NCBI GenBank assembly: GCA_044226015.1
Contig: JBGAHS010000004.1
Coordinates: 1 to 64,000 of the forward strand
Reading direction: 5' to 3'
Length of the DNA: 64,000 bases
Origin: Candidatus Obscuribacteraceae bacterium
Lineage (GTDB): Bacteria; Cyanobacteriota; Vampirovibrionia; Obscuribacterales; Obscuribacteraceae
Under the pieces are notes generated by a model, which worked only from the letters and a program-made list of their open reading frames with translations, did no database searches and was not told the origin of the DNA. Shown piece after piece: positions 55,562 through 64,000 of this stretch. Numbering within the stretch: the first letter of the stretch is position 1; each line of letters begins with the position of its first letter. Position numbers and translations under genes: made by a program.

Positions 55562-57673
55562 ATCAAGTCTATTAACGATGCCAGCCTCGAACAAAGAAAC
55601 ACTCTGCTTTGCCTCTTCGCTTTGCAGGTAGTTCTTAGTATTGGTCTGATTGCGTTGGCGAACTCGGCCTGGTTTTCGAAATACTATAACCTCAGAATGC
55701 GCGAAAATTGTATGGCGGGCTATCTAAATTCAAATGAGCGGGATCCGTCCCTGCTTTTAGATGCACTCAGGTACAGCTCTGCATCCGGCGAGTCGAACAG
55801 TGCAAACTTGACCGTATTGGAAGAACTGGCTATTTCGAGTGCAAGTAAAAATCTGCGTATGTCTGATTCCGCGCTTGCAAAGATTCGGATTCTTTCAAAT
55901 TCCAAAAGTGATTCTGCTGAAATCGCTCAGAAAAAGGAAGCTCGAATAAGACTGCATCGAGCTCTGGCATTCTTACAGCGGGAGGAAATTGACAGTGCCC
56001 AGAAGGAACTCAATTCTGTATTGTCGATTTTGCAGGGGCTGCCTGAGAAAAGCAAGAAGATTTTTCTAATTGCGCAGTACTTTTCCTGCGCAAGTACCTG
56101 TGCTCGGGCACGTGGAGATAGAGGTGCAGCTGCAGCATTTAGTTCCGCTCGAGATGGGCTCAAAGATCCAGTTCTGGCAAAACAGATTTATCTCAAATAT
56201 AAATTGCCTGGTTTTGAATCTGACTTCTCTGCCGATTATCGCGCACTATTTTATTTGGCGAAGTACCGGAGAAGCTCCAAGCAGAGTGAAAGGCAAATCG
56301 CTCTAACTCAAATGCGTCCTTATCTGACTGATGATGGGCTCAGCAAGTCTAGCAAAGCTGCTCTTTTGTTAGAGTTGGCATATCATGCAGCGAATACGCA
56401 AGATCTTGCTCTGGAAAACTTGCTATTGGCAGAATGGTTAAAGCTAAAGAGTCCATCGGCTCAGGCAAGTTTAGAAGAAATTGTAAGTCTCTCGCCCTTG
56501 CTTGATATAGCTGCAAGCACAGGCAATAGTGCTGCAGGTATTGATCTCTTAGAGCACTACGTTGAAGCTGTTGAATTGAAGAAGATAAGACCTGAAGCGT
56601 GGTCGGTATGGTTTGAAAATTTGGACGTATTTTGTTTGCAGGTTAAATTATTTCCGATTCCAGAAGCTTATCGAGAGCGAATTGATCGGATTTGCCAGAG
56701 GGTTCAAGCAATCGCTTTTTCCGATGGAAAGTCTTGTGCGTCAATCGAACTCATCAGGCTAGGACTTTTGGAAGATAAGGAAAAATTTGCTGATGCCGAA
56801 AAAGAATTCCTGCAGAAGGTGCTTGTGGATCGGCAATTTGAACGGTTGATGCCTGCTCCCGCACGATTTCTGATTTTCACTTCGTTGATTGATAGACTTT
56901 CAGTTGGTTTGCAAAGGAACTTCGGACCTGAAAGCCGGCGCCGATTTATTTCAGCTGTGCTCGCAAGCAATAAGCTGTCTAAGGAGGTTAAAGCAAACAC
57001 TGCAGTTTTAGCTGCAAAAATGGAGCACGATTATGATGCCAAATCTACGAGCAGAACTAATGAAATACTGCTTAAATATGCTAATGATCCAAGCTTGAAG
57101 CAACAACATTATGAGCTTGAGGACACGCTGTTGCGCTTTTATTGTTGGGCTGGAGATCTATCACACGGTGCCGAATTTTATTCTCGCATGAAATCTGAGT
57201 TGAAAGCAGAACCTGCGTTGCTGGTTTCACACTGTCATTCTGCGCTTAGCTGGTTGCGAGCGTTTCCATCGTACAAACCAGATTGGCACCAGGTTTGTGT
57301 CGAAAAGAAATTTCCCGATGCGATTTTTCGGGATGGATTTCAGCTTATAAAATATTTGAAAAACGATAAACAGCGTGTTGAATACACCTTATGGTTTGCC
57401 CAATATGAACTTTGTAGAGGAGACAAAGATGGCTGCATCAAGCTCTGCGATAGTATTCTGATGAACAGTGAGAACACTAAGTACAGCGTGTATTTCCCCG
57501 CAAAAATTCTGCGAGAACAGTTAGCTGGCAACAACAATCTGCCGCAAGGAAAGATCTCGTGTGTTAAAGGTACGAGGGATGAGCTGGCATGTCTCTGGTC
57601 TTTGCTATTCACTGCTGGATATAAATTGGAATCTGATCGAGTGAAGAATCTGACTGAGCGAATCGCAGAGTAG
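55562..57673 (+). CDS. membrane-anchored helical-repeat hypothetical protein
   Basis: Long ORF (track start TTG 55622); frame open upstream to an ATC at 55562 that follows GGAGG. Confidence 0.65.
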   Translation: MKSINDASLEQRNTLLCLFALQVVLSIGLIALANSAWFSKYYNLRMRENCMAGYLNSNERDPSLLLDALRYSSASGESNSANLTVLEELAISSASKNLRMSDSALAKIRILSNSKSDSAEIAQKKEARIRLHRALAFLQREEIDSAQKELNSVLSILQGLPEKSKKIFLIAQYFSCASTCARARGDRGAAAAFSSARDGLKDPVLAKQIYLKYKLPGFESDFSADYRALFYLAKYRRSSKQSERQIALTQMRPYLTDDGLSKSSKAALLLELAYHAANTQDLALENLLLAEWLKLKSPSAQASLEEIVSLSPLLDIAASTGNSAAGIDLLEHYVEAVELKKIRPEAWSVWFENLDVFCLQVKLFPIPEAYRERIDRICQRVQAIAFSDGKSCASIELIRLGLLEDKEKFADAEKEFLQKVLVDRQFERLMPAPARFLIFTSLIDRLSVGLQRNFGPESRRRFISAVLASNKLSKEVKANTAVLAAKMEHDYDAKSTSRTNEILLKYANDPSLKQQHYELEDTLLRFYCWAGDLSHGAEFYSRMKSELKAEPALLVSHCHSALSWLRAFPSYKPDWHQVCVEKKFPDAIFRDGFQLIKYLKNDKQRVEYTLWFAQYELCRGDKDGCIKLCDSILMNSENTKYSVYFPAKILREQLAGNNNLPQGKISCVKGTRDELACLWSLLFTAGYKLESDRVKNLTERIAE

Positions 57674-57674
57674 C

Positions 57675-58703
57675 CTATTTCTTCTCAAACTTCGCCTTTG
57701 AACCTAGATATTTCTCGGCTTCGCCAGAATCTAACCATCGCCAGGAAGCCTCGTCGTTCTTGAGGGCTGCATCAAGGAAATGTAGCGTAATTACCTGTAT
57801 CATTTCTTGGTAATTGGCATCTGTTTCTTTTCCTGGACGGAAACTTCGTCCTCCAAATGTCGCATGGTCAGCTCCTATGAAATTTGCAAGATATTGATGT
57901 GGTGCAGATATGTTGTCGAACGGAATTCGCCGCTCACTGGCAGAGGTATTGCCGATTGGTGAGTTATCCTCAGTTCCAGTCAATAATAGACCTGGAATCT
58001 TGATTGTGCCGTAAACCTTTTGGGCGCCGTTGCCTTTTCCGGCTCCGGTGACGGGAGGGCACAAATACACTGCAGCGCTCACTCTCTTATCCGCTAGTGT
58101 GGCATCAGACCATCCTCCTCCCTGTCCGGCGATTGCCAGCGCAGTTCCAGCACCAAAGGAGTGTCCGCCAATAGCAATCTTCGCCAGATTTAACTGTCCC
58201 TTGAAGGGAGGTGTATTGCTATTTTTCTGAAGTTCATTTAGCACAAAAGTTATGTCCCCAGCTCGATCAATCCAGTTCTTTCCATTGGCTGCTGCCTGCA
58301 TTTTCGAAAAAAACGAGGCGCGATCAACCGTGTTGCCTGACTTCCAAACACCACTGTCGCTTCCCGGGTGCTGCACGAAGACGCAGAAGTAACCCTTGCT
58401 GGAAAGATAAGTTCCTAGATATTCGGCGGCTTCCCTCGAGCCACCGAGTCCATGAGAGAAAATAAAAATTGGAAATGGACCTGTGCCCTGCGGCAAATAC
58501 AGTTTTATTGGTATTGTTCTGTGCCGCTGTTCATCTGTCCATTCGAGATATTGTTGATTAGCCGTGTTGCTAGGCGCTTTGTTGAACCGTGCCTGAATTC
58601 TCTCACGCATTGTGGGCTCTTTCTCTGGAGTCGCTCCGATCGCACTCAAGGGTGTCAGCAGAATTAAAGACATCAAAAGTCCGGCAAGAAAAGGTTTGCG
58701 CAT
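57675..58703 (-). CDS. secreted alpha/beta hydrolase (PAF-acetylhydrolase/dienelactone hydrolase-like)
   Basis: Signal peptide; FSHGLGGS, QHPGSD, GHSFG and ADH motifs. Confidence 0.88.
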   Translation of the reverse strand: MRKPFLAGLLMSLILLTPLSAIGATPEKEPTMRERIQARFNKAPSNTANQQYLEWTDEQRHRTIPIKLYLPQGTGPFPIFIFSHGLGGSREAAEYLGTYLSSKGYFCVFVQHPGSDSGVWKSGNTVDRASFFSKMQAAANGKNWIDRAGDITFVLNELQKNSNTPPFKGQLNLAKIAIGGHSFGAGTALAIAGQGGGWSDATLADKRVSAAVYLCPPVTGAGKGNGAQKVYGTIKIPGLLLTGTEDNSPIGNTSASERRIPFDNISAPHQYLANFIGADHATFGGRSFRPGKETDANYQEMIQVITLHFLDAALKNDEASWRWLDSGEAEKYLGSKAKFEKK

Positions 58704-58779
58704 TGTGTTTTTCCAAAAACCGACTTATTAGATTACACCGAGACTTGGAAAAAGTTGCGCCAAAGAATAATTAACTCGT

Positions 58780-60033
58780 TTATGACCCGTGCAGTCTCCG
58801 GTAAGCTGCCGTTCCTTTGACATTGGCCGCCGGAATGTAATTGTCTTTAGACCACCCTGCAACGAATCCATCTTTGGGTCCCATCATGGAAAGGAGAACT
58901 TTTGGAGTTACGGGCTTGAAGTGGCTGCTATTTGCTTTATCAGGGTCACCAATTATGTATTTACCGTCTGAAGTTTTTCCAGCAATGAAGATGTAATGCC
59001 CATTTCCAGTGTGCGGATTTTTTACGTGCCCGATAGCGGAGTGTCCCATAGCGAGTTCTTTGTCCAGATCTTTGAGTGTCTGTTCATCGACTTTCTTGTA
59101 GGAATATGCTTTTGCATTTAGCCCCAGTGTCTCAACTTTGTCCGCCATTGATTGCAGATCGCCTCTGTAGCCACGCCCTATCGTACCAGCCAGTTGTTTG
59201 AAGGACTGAGCTTGTTTTCCATAGTCTACCGGACGACCAGAAAACTGGTCGCTATATAGCATTGCAATTGAAAACGCTGAGCAAGATACTCCATCATCTT
59301 GCGCTTTGTAGAATACTTTTAGATCCTCAATTGACCTGGTTACGTTTAACTTCTTGTCTTGCGGAATGTTGAACCCCGGAAGCTTATCTTGTTGTTTGCT
59401 ATCTGTGCGAATATCGAGGAATGGAATTGTCTGATTTTGCTCTGTTTTTTTATCGTCGTTTCTTATTTCTAAGTATGGAAGTAGTGGTGAGGGGTGCTTT
59501 TGTTTTGCATCTGATGACTTTGCATCAGCCTGTTTTATATCTGCGGGCTTCGGGTCTGCTGGCTTTGTTTCAGAGGATTTTGAATCGGCCTGTCGGGCGT
59601 CTGATGAACCGCTATCGAGCTTTTTCTTTTCTGCATTTCTTGTATCAGCTGCGATTTTCGCGTCAGGTGTCTCTGCCGATTTGTTTTCATTCTTCTTGAT
59701 TCCCTCTCTAATCCACGACGGAACCTCTGCCGTAAGATTCTCGCTTTCATGCTTAGCCGAGGTGAAAGGACTTTTAGAGCTGGCAGGGTCTGCGTCGATA
59801 GACCATGGATTCTTTCGTCCAAATGGACTGTTGCGTGCCGACCCCATGTCTATCTGTAACTGAGGCAGATACGGCTGCTGACTTTGTGATTCTCTTGTAG
59901 TTTGGGAAAAATCAAGGCTGGGCGCATTGATAGAATCTCGCAAAAATCGAGATGCATCAAATTTGATTTCTTGATTCGATGGTGCTTGCGAATCAGTATC
60001 GCGATGGCTGGCACCCTGAGCCAGTTCTGACAT
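58780..60033 (-). CDS. C39-like (papain-fold) peptidase domain protein with disordered N-terminus
   Basis: Q-x5-C (QDDGVSC), GHYIFIAG and IIGDP; likely start MSELAQ; no Sec signal. Confidence 0.8.
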   Translation of the reverse strand: MSELAQGASHRDTDSQAPSNQEIKFDASRFLRDSINAPSLDFSQTTRESQSQQPYLPQLQIDMGSARNSPFGRKNPWSIDADPASSKSPFTSAKHESENLTAEVPSWIREGIKKNENKSAETPDAKIAADTRNAEKKKLDSGSSDARQADSKSSETKPADPKPADIKQADAKSSDAKQKHPSPLLPYLEIRNDDKKTEQNQTIPFLDIRTDSKQQDKLPGFNIPQDKKLNVTRSIEDLKVFYKAQDDGVSCSAFSIAMLYSDQFSGRPVDYGKQAQSFKQLAGTIGRGYRGDLQSMADKVETLGLNAKAYSYKKVDEQTLKDLDKELAMGHSAIGHVKNPHTGNGHYIFIAGKTSDGKYIIGDPDKANSSHFKPVTPKVLLSMMGPKDGFVAGWSKDNYIPAANVKGTAAYRRLHGS

Positions 60034-60317
60034 CAGGTAAGACCTCACTGAGGAGATTGATATTGCAGCCTGAGTTTTACACAGAGGCTTTTGCTTTCTA
60101 ATTAGTAAATTTGCCGCGCCAAGTTGCAGAATAATTTTTCTTTGGTGCAAGAAACGTGCAAAATCGCTAGAAAGTGCTCTAAATTAGCTTGTTCTAGCCC
60201 ATTTCGGTTGTCGTCGATAGTCAAGTGCCCTCTGCTTAACGTTAATCATGAATGAAACTGCTGATTAGGCGACCTCTTAAGTGTTAGGATCTGCCCTACC
60301 GGAGAGGAGAATCAACA

Positions 60318-60656
60318 ATGCAATCAAGAATTGAATTCTTGTACCACACTTTACGCGCCCTGGAATCCGTCGAAATCCAAGTAGGGCAACTCAAAGAGGG
60401 CATTCAAGACTTGCATGACGATTGTGAGCGCCTTCAAGAGTATGGCGTGGAATCGAATGAAGTTGTTGATCAGAGAATAATTGACGCCCTGAGTATTCTT
60501 GATGAGTTGGTCGATTCTTTTGACAATATTCTTGCGAAGCCAGGTGATGATATCAAGACTCAAAGAGAAACAGATTATCGCTACTCTGTTCGAAAAGATG
60601 CAAAGACCGTTGAAATAGCTCTCAAAGAGCATGAACTTCAAGAGTCACATCGATAG
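60318..60656 (+). CDS. small coiled-coil hypothetical protein
   Basis: GAGGAG RBS; heptad helical pattern. Confidence 0.7.
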   Translation: MQSRIEFLYHTLRALESVEIQVGQLKEGIQDLHDDCERLQEYGVESNEVVDQRIIDALSILDELVDSFDNILAKPGDDIKTQRETDYRYSVRKDAKTVEIALKEHELQESHR

Positions 60657-60714
60657 AATGACACCATGAGTGGTGGCACAATGCGCAGAATGTTGCGGCG
60701 TGAAGCTGAACTCG

Positions 60715-61176
60715 TCAACGCGAAAGCTTCGGATGCAATAGTATTCTGCTTTCGCAATGCAAGCGTAAGAGTCGGTAGGTTTCTCTGAAAGCCTTGATGT
60801 CACTGGTGTAAGGGTCGGCGATCTCAGAGTCCTCTGCAATCAAAGCCACTTTCTTCTTCGCGTTTTCGTCAGGAGCCGTTTTGAGGATGCAAGCAATGTT
60901 GTATGCGTCCATGCCAAAAATGTAATCAAACCGTTCGAAATCGCTCTTGAGCAACTTTCTTGCCCTGTGCTTGCTGATGTCTATACCATTTTCTCTGGCT
61001 ACAGCAATCGAGCGATAGTCCGCCGCATTTCCGATATTAAAGTCAGCCGTGCCAGCTGATTCAATAACTCCTAACAGGTTTCGCTCTGCATAAAGGTCTT
61101 TCATGATACCTTCGGCTAGAGGTGAGCGACAAATATTTCCGAGGCAGACAAAAAGAATATTCAAACAGCTCTCCAT
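60715..61176 (-). CDS. low molecular weight protein-tyrosine phosphatase
   Basis: VCLGNICRS P-loop, SAGT and DPY motifs. Confidence 0.93.
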   Translation of the reverse strand: MESCLNILFVCLGNICRSPLAEGIMKDLYAERNLLGVIESAGTADFNIGNAADYRSIAVARENGIDISKHRARKLLKSDFERFDYIFGMDAYNIACILKTAPDENAKKKVALIAEDSEIADPYTSDIKAFRETYRLLRLHCESRILLHPKLSR

Positions 61177-61370
61177 AGACTTGAATTAGGAAACAAAGTG
61201 ATTCCTCTGTCGTCGAGGTTGTTCATTGTAATTAGGCTGAGCTCCTATCAAGACAGTGTTTAGCTTGTTTACATTTTGACTATTAGCCTGGCAATAGGCG
61301 GTCCAGATATAGTGAGCTTGTCAATTTCATGATACAGTAAAGCGAAAATTCTTAGGGAGATCTAGTTGAT

Positions 61371-62066
61371 ATGAAGTGTTCATCAGTGCTCTTAAGCCTG
61401 TTTTTGAGTCTCTCCTTTTCTGCAGTGGCTTTTGCTGCTGATGAACCGGCTGCGCCTGCAGCTCCAGCCGCCCCAACTACTCCAACTACTCCAACTAGCT
61501 CTGCCCCGGAAGCTCCAGCTAAGGCTGAAAAGTCCAAGGCTAAAGATGCTGAGAAGGAGAAGGAAAAAGAGTTAGCTAAAGAAAAAGCGGCTCAGAAGGC
61601 GGCAGAGAAAGCTGCGGAAAAAGCATCAAAGGAATCAAAAGCTGATTCCAAGCCGAAGGAAGCGGAAGCTCCGCCGACTGAAACATTAGTGGATCTCGCT
61701 ACAAAGCATGGGTACTCTGCTGCATGGGCTAACATGTTCAAGGGAGAGTGGAGCATCGCCGCGTGGATTCAAAATCTTGAAGCAAACAGTGCGCCGGTAA
61801 TAGAGACACAAGGGGTCGATGGGCACAGCTACATTCTTGGCTCAATGTGTAAGTCTAACGATTGCGCTAACGATAGGCTCATTGCCATTTTTAACGCTGA
61901 TCATAAGCGCGCATGGGGAGTTCAGATTACCATTCCAGCTGGTGTCGGCAAGGACGGTGAACGTCATCCGAAGAAGTACGCCAACTTAAAATATTATGGT
62001 AACCCTGATGTGAACATGAAGAAGGTTATCGCAGGTTTCCTGGAGAAGGATCCTACCTGGAAGTAA
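61371..62066 (+). CDS. secreted Ivy (inhibitor of vertebrate lysozyme)-family protein
   Basis: Signal peptide, Ala/Lys/Glu linker, YILGSMCKSNDCANDRLIAIF...AWG (compare Ivy CKPHDC). Confidence 0.75.
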   Translation: MKCSSVLLSLFLSLSFSAVAFAADEPAAPAAPAAPTTPTTPTSSAPEAPAKAEKSKAKDAEKEKEKELAKEKAAQKAAEKAAEKASKESKADSKPKEAEAPPTETLVDLATKHGYSAAWANMFKGEWSIAAWIQNLEANSAPVIETQGVDGHSYILGSMCKSNDCANDRLIAIFNADHKRAWGVQITIPAGVGKDGERHPKKYANLKYYGNPDVNMKKVIAGFLEKDPTWK

Positions 62067-62103
62067 GTTGATAAGGCTTGGTATCAATCTCGATACGCTT
62101 TGG

Positions 62104-62604
62104 CTACTGATCTGATTGCGACGAATCATCGAACTGGAGAAACCAATCTCTTGCCATTCTCATTTGGTTAGAGTATGGAAGGCTGCCGGATGCTTTCCAT
62201 TTACCCGACTCAGTTTCGTCTGGTTTTAGTTGAACTTGAATCGGCTCCACGATTGGAACGCCCTCTCGATTTACAAAGTAAATCTCGGGGCTGTGATTGC
62301 ATTTACTATCAAGAAAATTTGCCGGACGACTTTTGTCAATGGCTTGTTCTTTGACTTCAAGCTTGTACTCTAGCTCATCGAAACTTCCGTATTTGCCCTT
62401 ATTTGAGGAGTCATGATAGCGATTAGTCGTGAGTGTAGTTTTCAGGTTTGCGTTTCCAACTGTGACTTCCTTTTCGTCCCAGTCTCTAACAAACTTATTT
62501 TGACAAGAGCGAATGCTGTAGATCGACATAGCTGTGACAATGCTGGTCACTGCCAGCACGCGCATCCCTATGCGGCTAACGGATTGTTCCCTGAATAGGG
62601 ACAT
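62104..62604 (-). CDS. membrane-anchored hypothetical protein
   Basis: 166-aa ORF with GAGG RBS and N-terminal hydrophobic helix. Confidence 0.65.
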   Translation of the reverse strand: MSLFREQSVSRIGMRVLAVTSIVTAMSIYSIRSCQNKFVRDWDEKEVTVGNANLKTTLTTNRYHDSSNKGKYGSFDELEYKLEVKEQAIDKSRPANFLDSKCNHSPEIYFVNREGVPIVEPIQVQLKPDETESGKWKASGSLPYSNQMRMARDWFLQFDDSSQSDQ

Positions 62605-62953
62605 ACTTCCTCTGCACCTTGCCTTTGTTTGTTGAATATTACAACAAACAAGGGGTTGTGTTCAGCAGTTCTTGACAGCGCTCTGCGAATTGCTAGAATA
62701 GACATGTGGTGACATAAGGAGATAGATCATGTTCAGGAGAAGACATAAGTAGAAGGCAGTGAGAGCCAAGCGGCTCCTGCGATGCTTTGTCTGAACATGC
62801 TCCAGTCCCAGAAATTCTAGGAAATGCATATTCATCAGGCGCGCTATTAAGGGTAGCTGACCTTTCACTGCCTAATTTTTTTCGAACGTGCAGTTAGTGG
62901 TGCAGTGATGCTTCGTTGACTCGTAGCCTCTGCACAAATTAGAAAGGTGATTT

Positions 62954-63748
62954 ATGATTTCAAACTTGCAGAGATCATTCAAAAAAATTGGTGCTGATTT
63001 GAAAATTGTTGGGGCTCGGCCCCGGCAGCTCACATCAATTCTGCTGGATGTCATCGAAACTGATGGTGATGAACTATTCGAAATTGCAATTCGAGATGAG
63101 CCTCGTGTGGATATGGAAATATCTGTTCTTGAGGTTCTTCCAAAGGAGAGACATCTCGTGCTTCTCGCTCGTGCGATGAATAACGATGGTGATCTCATAT
63201 CTAAAGAGCACTTCCTCTGTGGTCACGACGAGAGACATCTTTTTGTGGCAGCAGTTGACGGTGTTTCCACTGTCGCAGCAGCGAAAGATTCACTGAAACC
63301 GAATCACATTCGCGCACGTGAAACAGGTCTGAGCGCATTGAAACGAAATCGTCGCCACACCGAACTTTTTGTTCGTCAGGGCGAATGGTTCTTTGAGCCA
63401 GTGTTCGACCTTGCGCCACCGCCCATACGTGTTCGCCGAAATGAGCCCCTTGTAAGAGGTACGGGCAGTAAAGCCCATATTGCTCAATTCGCTTATCGTC
63501 AAGGTGGCGAAGCTGTTCGCGTTTGCAGGCAGTATCCAAATGGGTTAACTGAAGCGGAATACCGCGCCTTGATCGTGAGAGAACCACGCGCCAAGAATTT
63601 CAATTGGCGACACATGGTAAGAGACATGGATGTCTTTGTTACAGGAACCGTGCGGCATCCTGACCATGCGACCGTTGTTCTCCATGGTTGGCACCGAGTT
63701 TTTCTAAATCAGGAACGCCGATTTGCGAGTCTTGCATTTCTCGATTAG
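62954..63748 (+). CDS. hypothetical protein with RQGE and HPDH motifs
   Basis: AAGGTG RBS; FLCGHDERHLFVAAV, RQGEWFF, HPDHATV.L.GWHRV. Confidence 0.8.
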   Translation: MISNLQRSFKKIGADLKIVGARPRQLTSILLDVIETDGDELFEIAIRDEPRVDMEISVLEVLPKERHLVLLARAMNNDGDLISKEHFLCGHDERHLFVAAVDGVSTVAAAKDSLKPNHIRARETGLSALKRNRRHTELFVRQGEWFFEPVFDLAPPPIRVRRNEPLVRGTGSKAHIAQFAYRQGGEAVRVCRQYPNGLTEAEYRALIVREPRAKNFNWRHMVRDMDVFVTGTVRHPDHATVVLHGWHRVFLNQERRFASLAFLD

Positions 63749-63751
63749 TTG

Positions 63752-63790
63752 GAAAGGGCGGGGGAAACCTGCCCTTTCTATCTTTATTTG
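63752..63790. terminator. intrinsic terminator between convergent genes
   Basis: GAAAGGGCGGG-ggaaa-CCTGCCCTTTC followed by a T-rich tract. Confidence 0.75.
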
Positions 63791-63846
63791 CTTTGCTCTC
63801 ATTTGATCAGTTTCTGTTTGAAATCAAATTTTCAGAGCTACGCTGT

Positions 63847-64000
63847 TCATGACTGCGATGGCAGTGCATGGCTTTGCAATTGAAGTTTGACATATACGGG
63901 CAAATGATCCGAACCTACATTGGGTCCTAAGTGGCGATCAATAACCGCGAAATCTTTGCTGACCAGGCAGTGGTCTATTGGTATCAATGGCGGTACCACA
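63847..64000 (-). CDS. 3' end of an endonuclease/exonuclease/phosphatase (EEP) family protein, truncated by the window
   Basis: Minus frame reads ...PLIPIDHCLVSKDFAVIDRHLGPNVGSDHLPVYVKL...* with IDH and GSDH motifs; absent from the ORF track. Confidence 0.8.
   Translation of the reverse strand, partial: VVPPLIPIDHCLVSKDFAVIDRHLGPNVGSDHLPVYVKLQLQSHALPSQS

Noticed and set aside
1..64000. Prophage, IS element, integrase or defence island
   Set aside because: No transposase, integrase, phage structural or recognisable defence genes, and no terminal inverted repeats were seen.

Overview
Gene-dense chromosomal window with no rRNA, tRNA, CRISPR array or recognisable mobile element. Cyanobacteria-like housekeeping proteins (MetK, a SigG/RpoE-like ECF sigma factor, a 7Fe-type ferredoxin, RpsO-Pnp, HU, RsfS, a catalytic-core-less ArgRS-like protein) occur without photosynthesis genes. 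Together with many lineage-specific hypothetical proteins, this suggests a non-photosynthetic Cyanobacteriota relative (Vampirovibrionia/Melainabacteria, probably Obscuribacterales); that assignment is inference. Core genes (pepA, metK, nagZ, thrB, galM, glycerate kinase, acyl-CoA synthetase) are interspersed with cell-envelope and secreted enzymes, four scattered Tad-type pseudopilins and a two-component system. Best leads: (1) three unrelated proteins without Sec signal peptides share an LPxLx[LI] motif at residue 56-57, a candidate lineage-specific export signal; (2) an unannotated, highly structured ~230-nt RNA behind a near-consensus sigma70 promoter that carries a LexA-box-like palindrome; (3) a WG/GW-repeat, poly-proline, Roadblock/LC7 protein near a MshEN+DUF4388 protein, a possible polarity or c-di-GMP module. 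Smaller oddities include an Sm/Hfq-like domain fused to a beta-propeller, a triple-zinc anti-sigma factor and a His-less Ivy. All domain calls come from reading motifs by eye; no searches were run.
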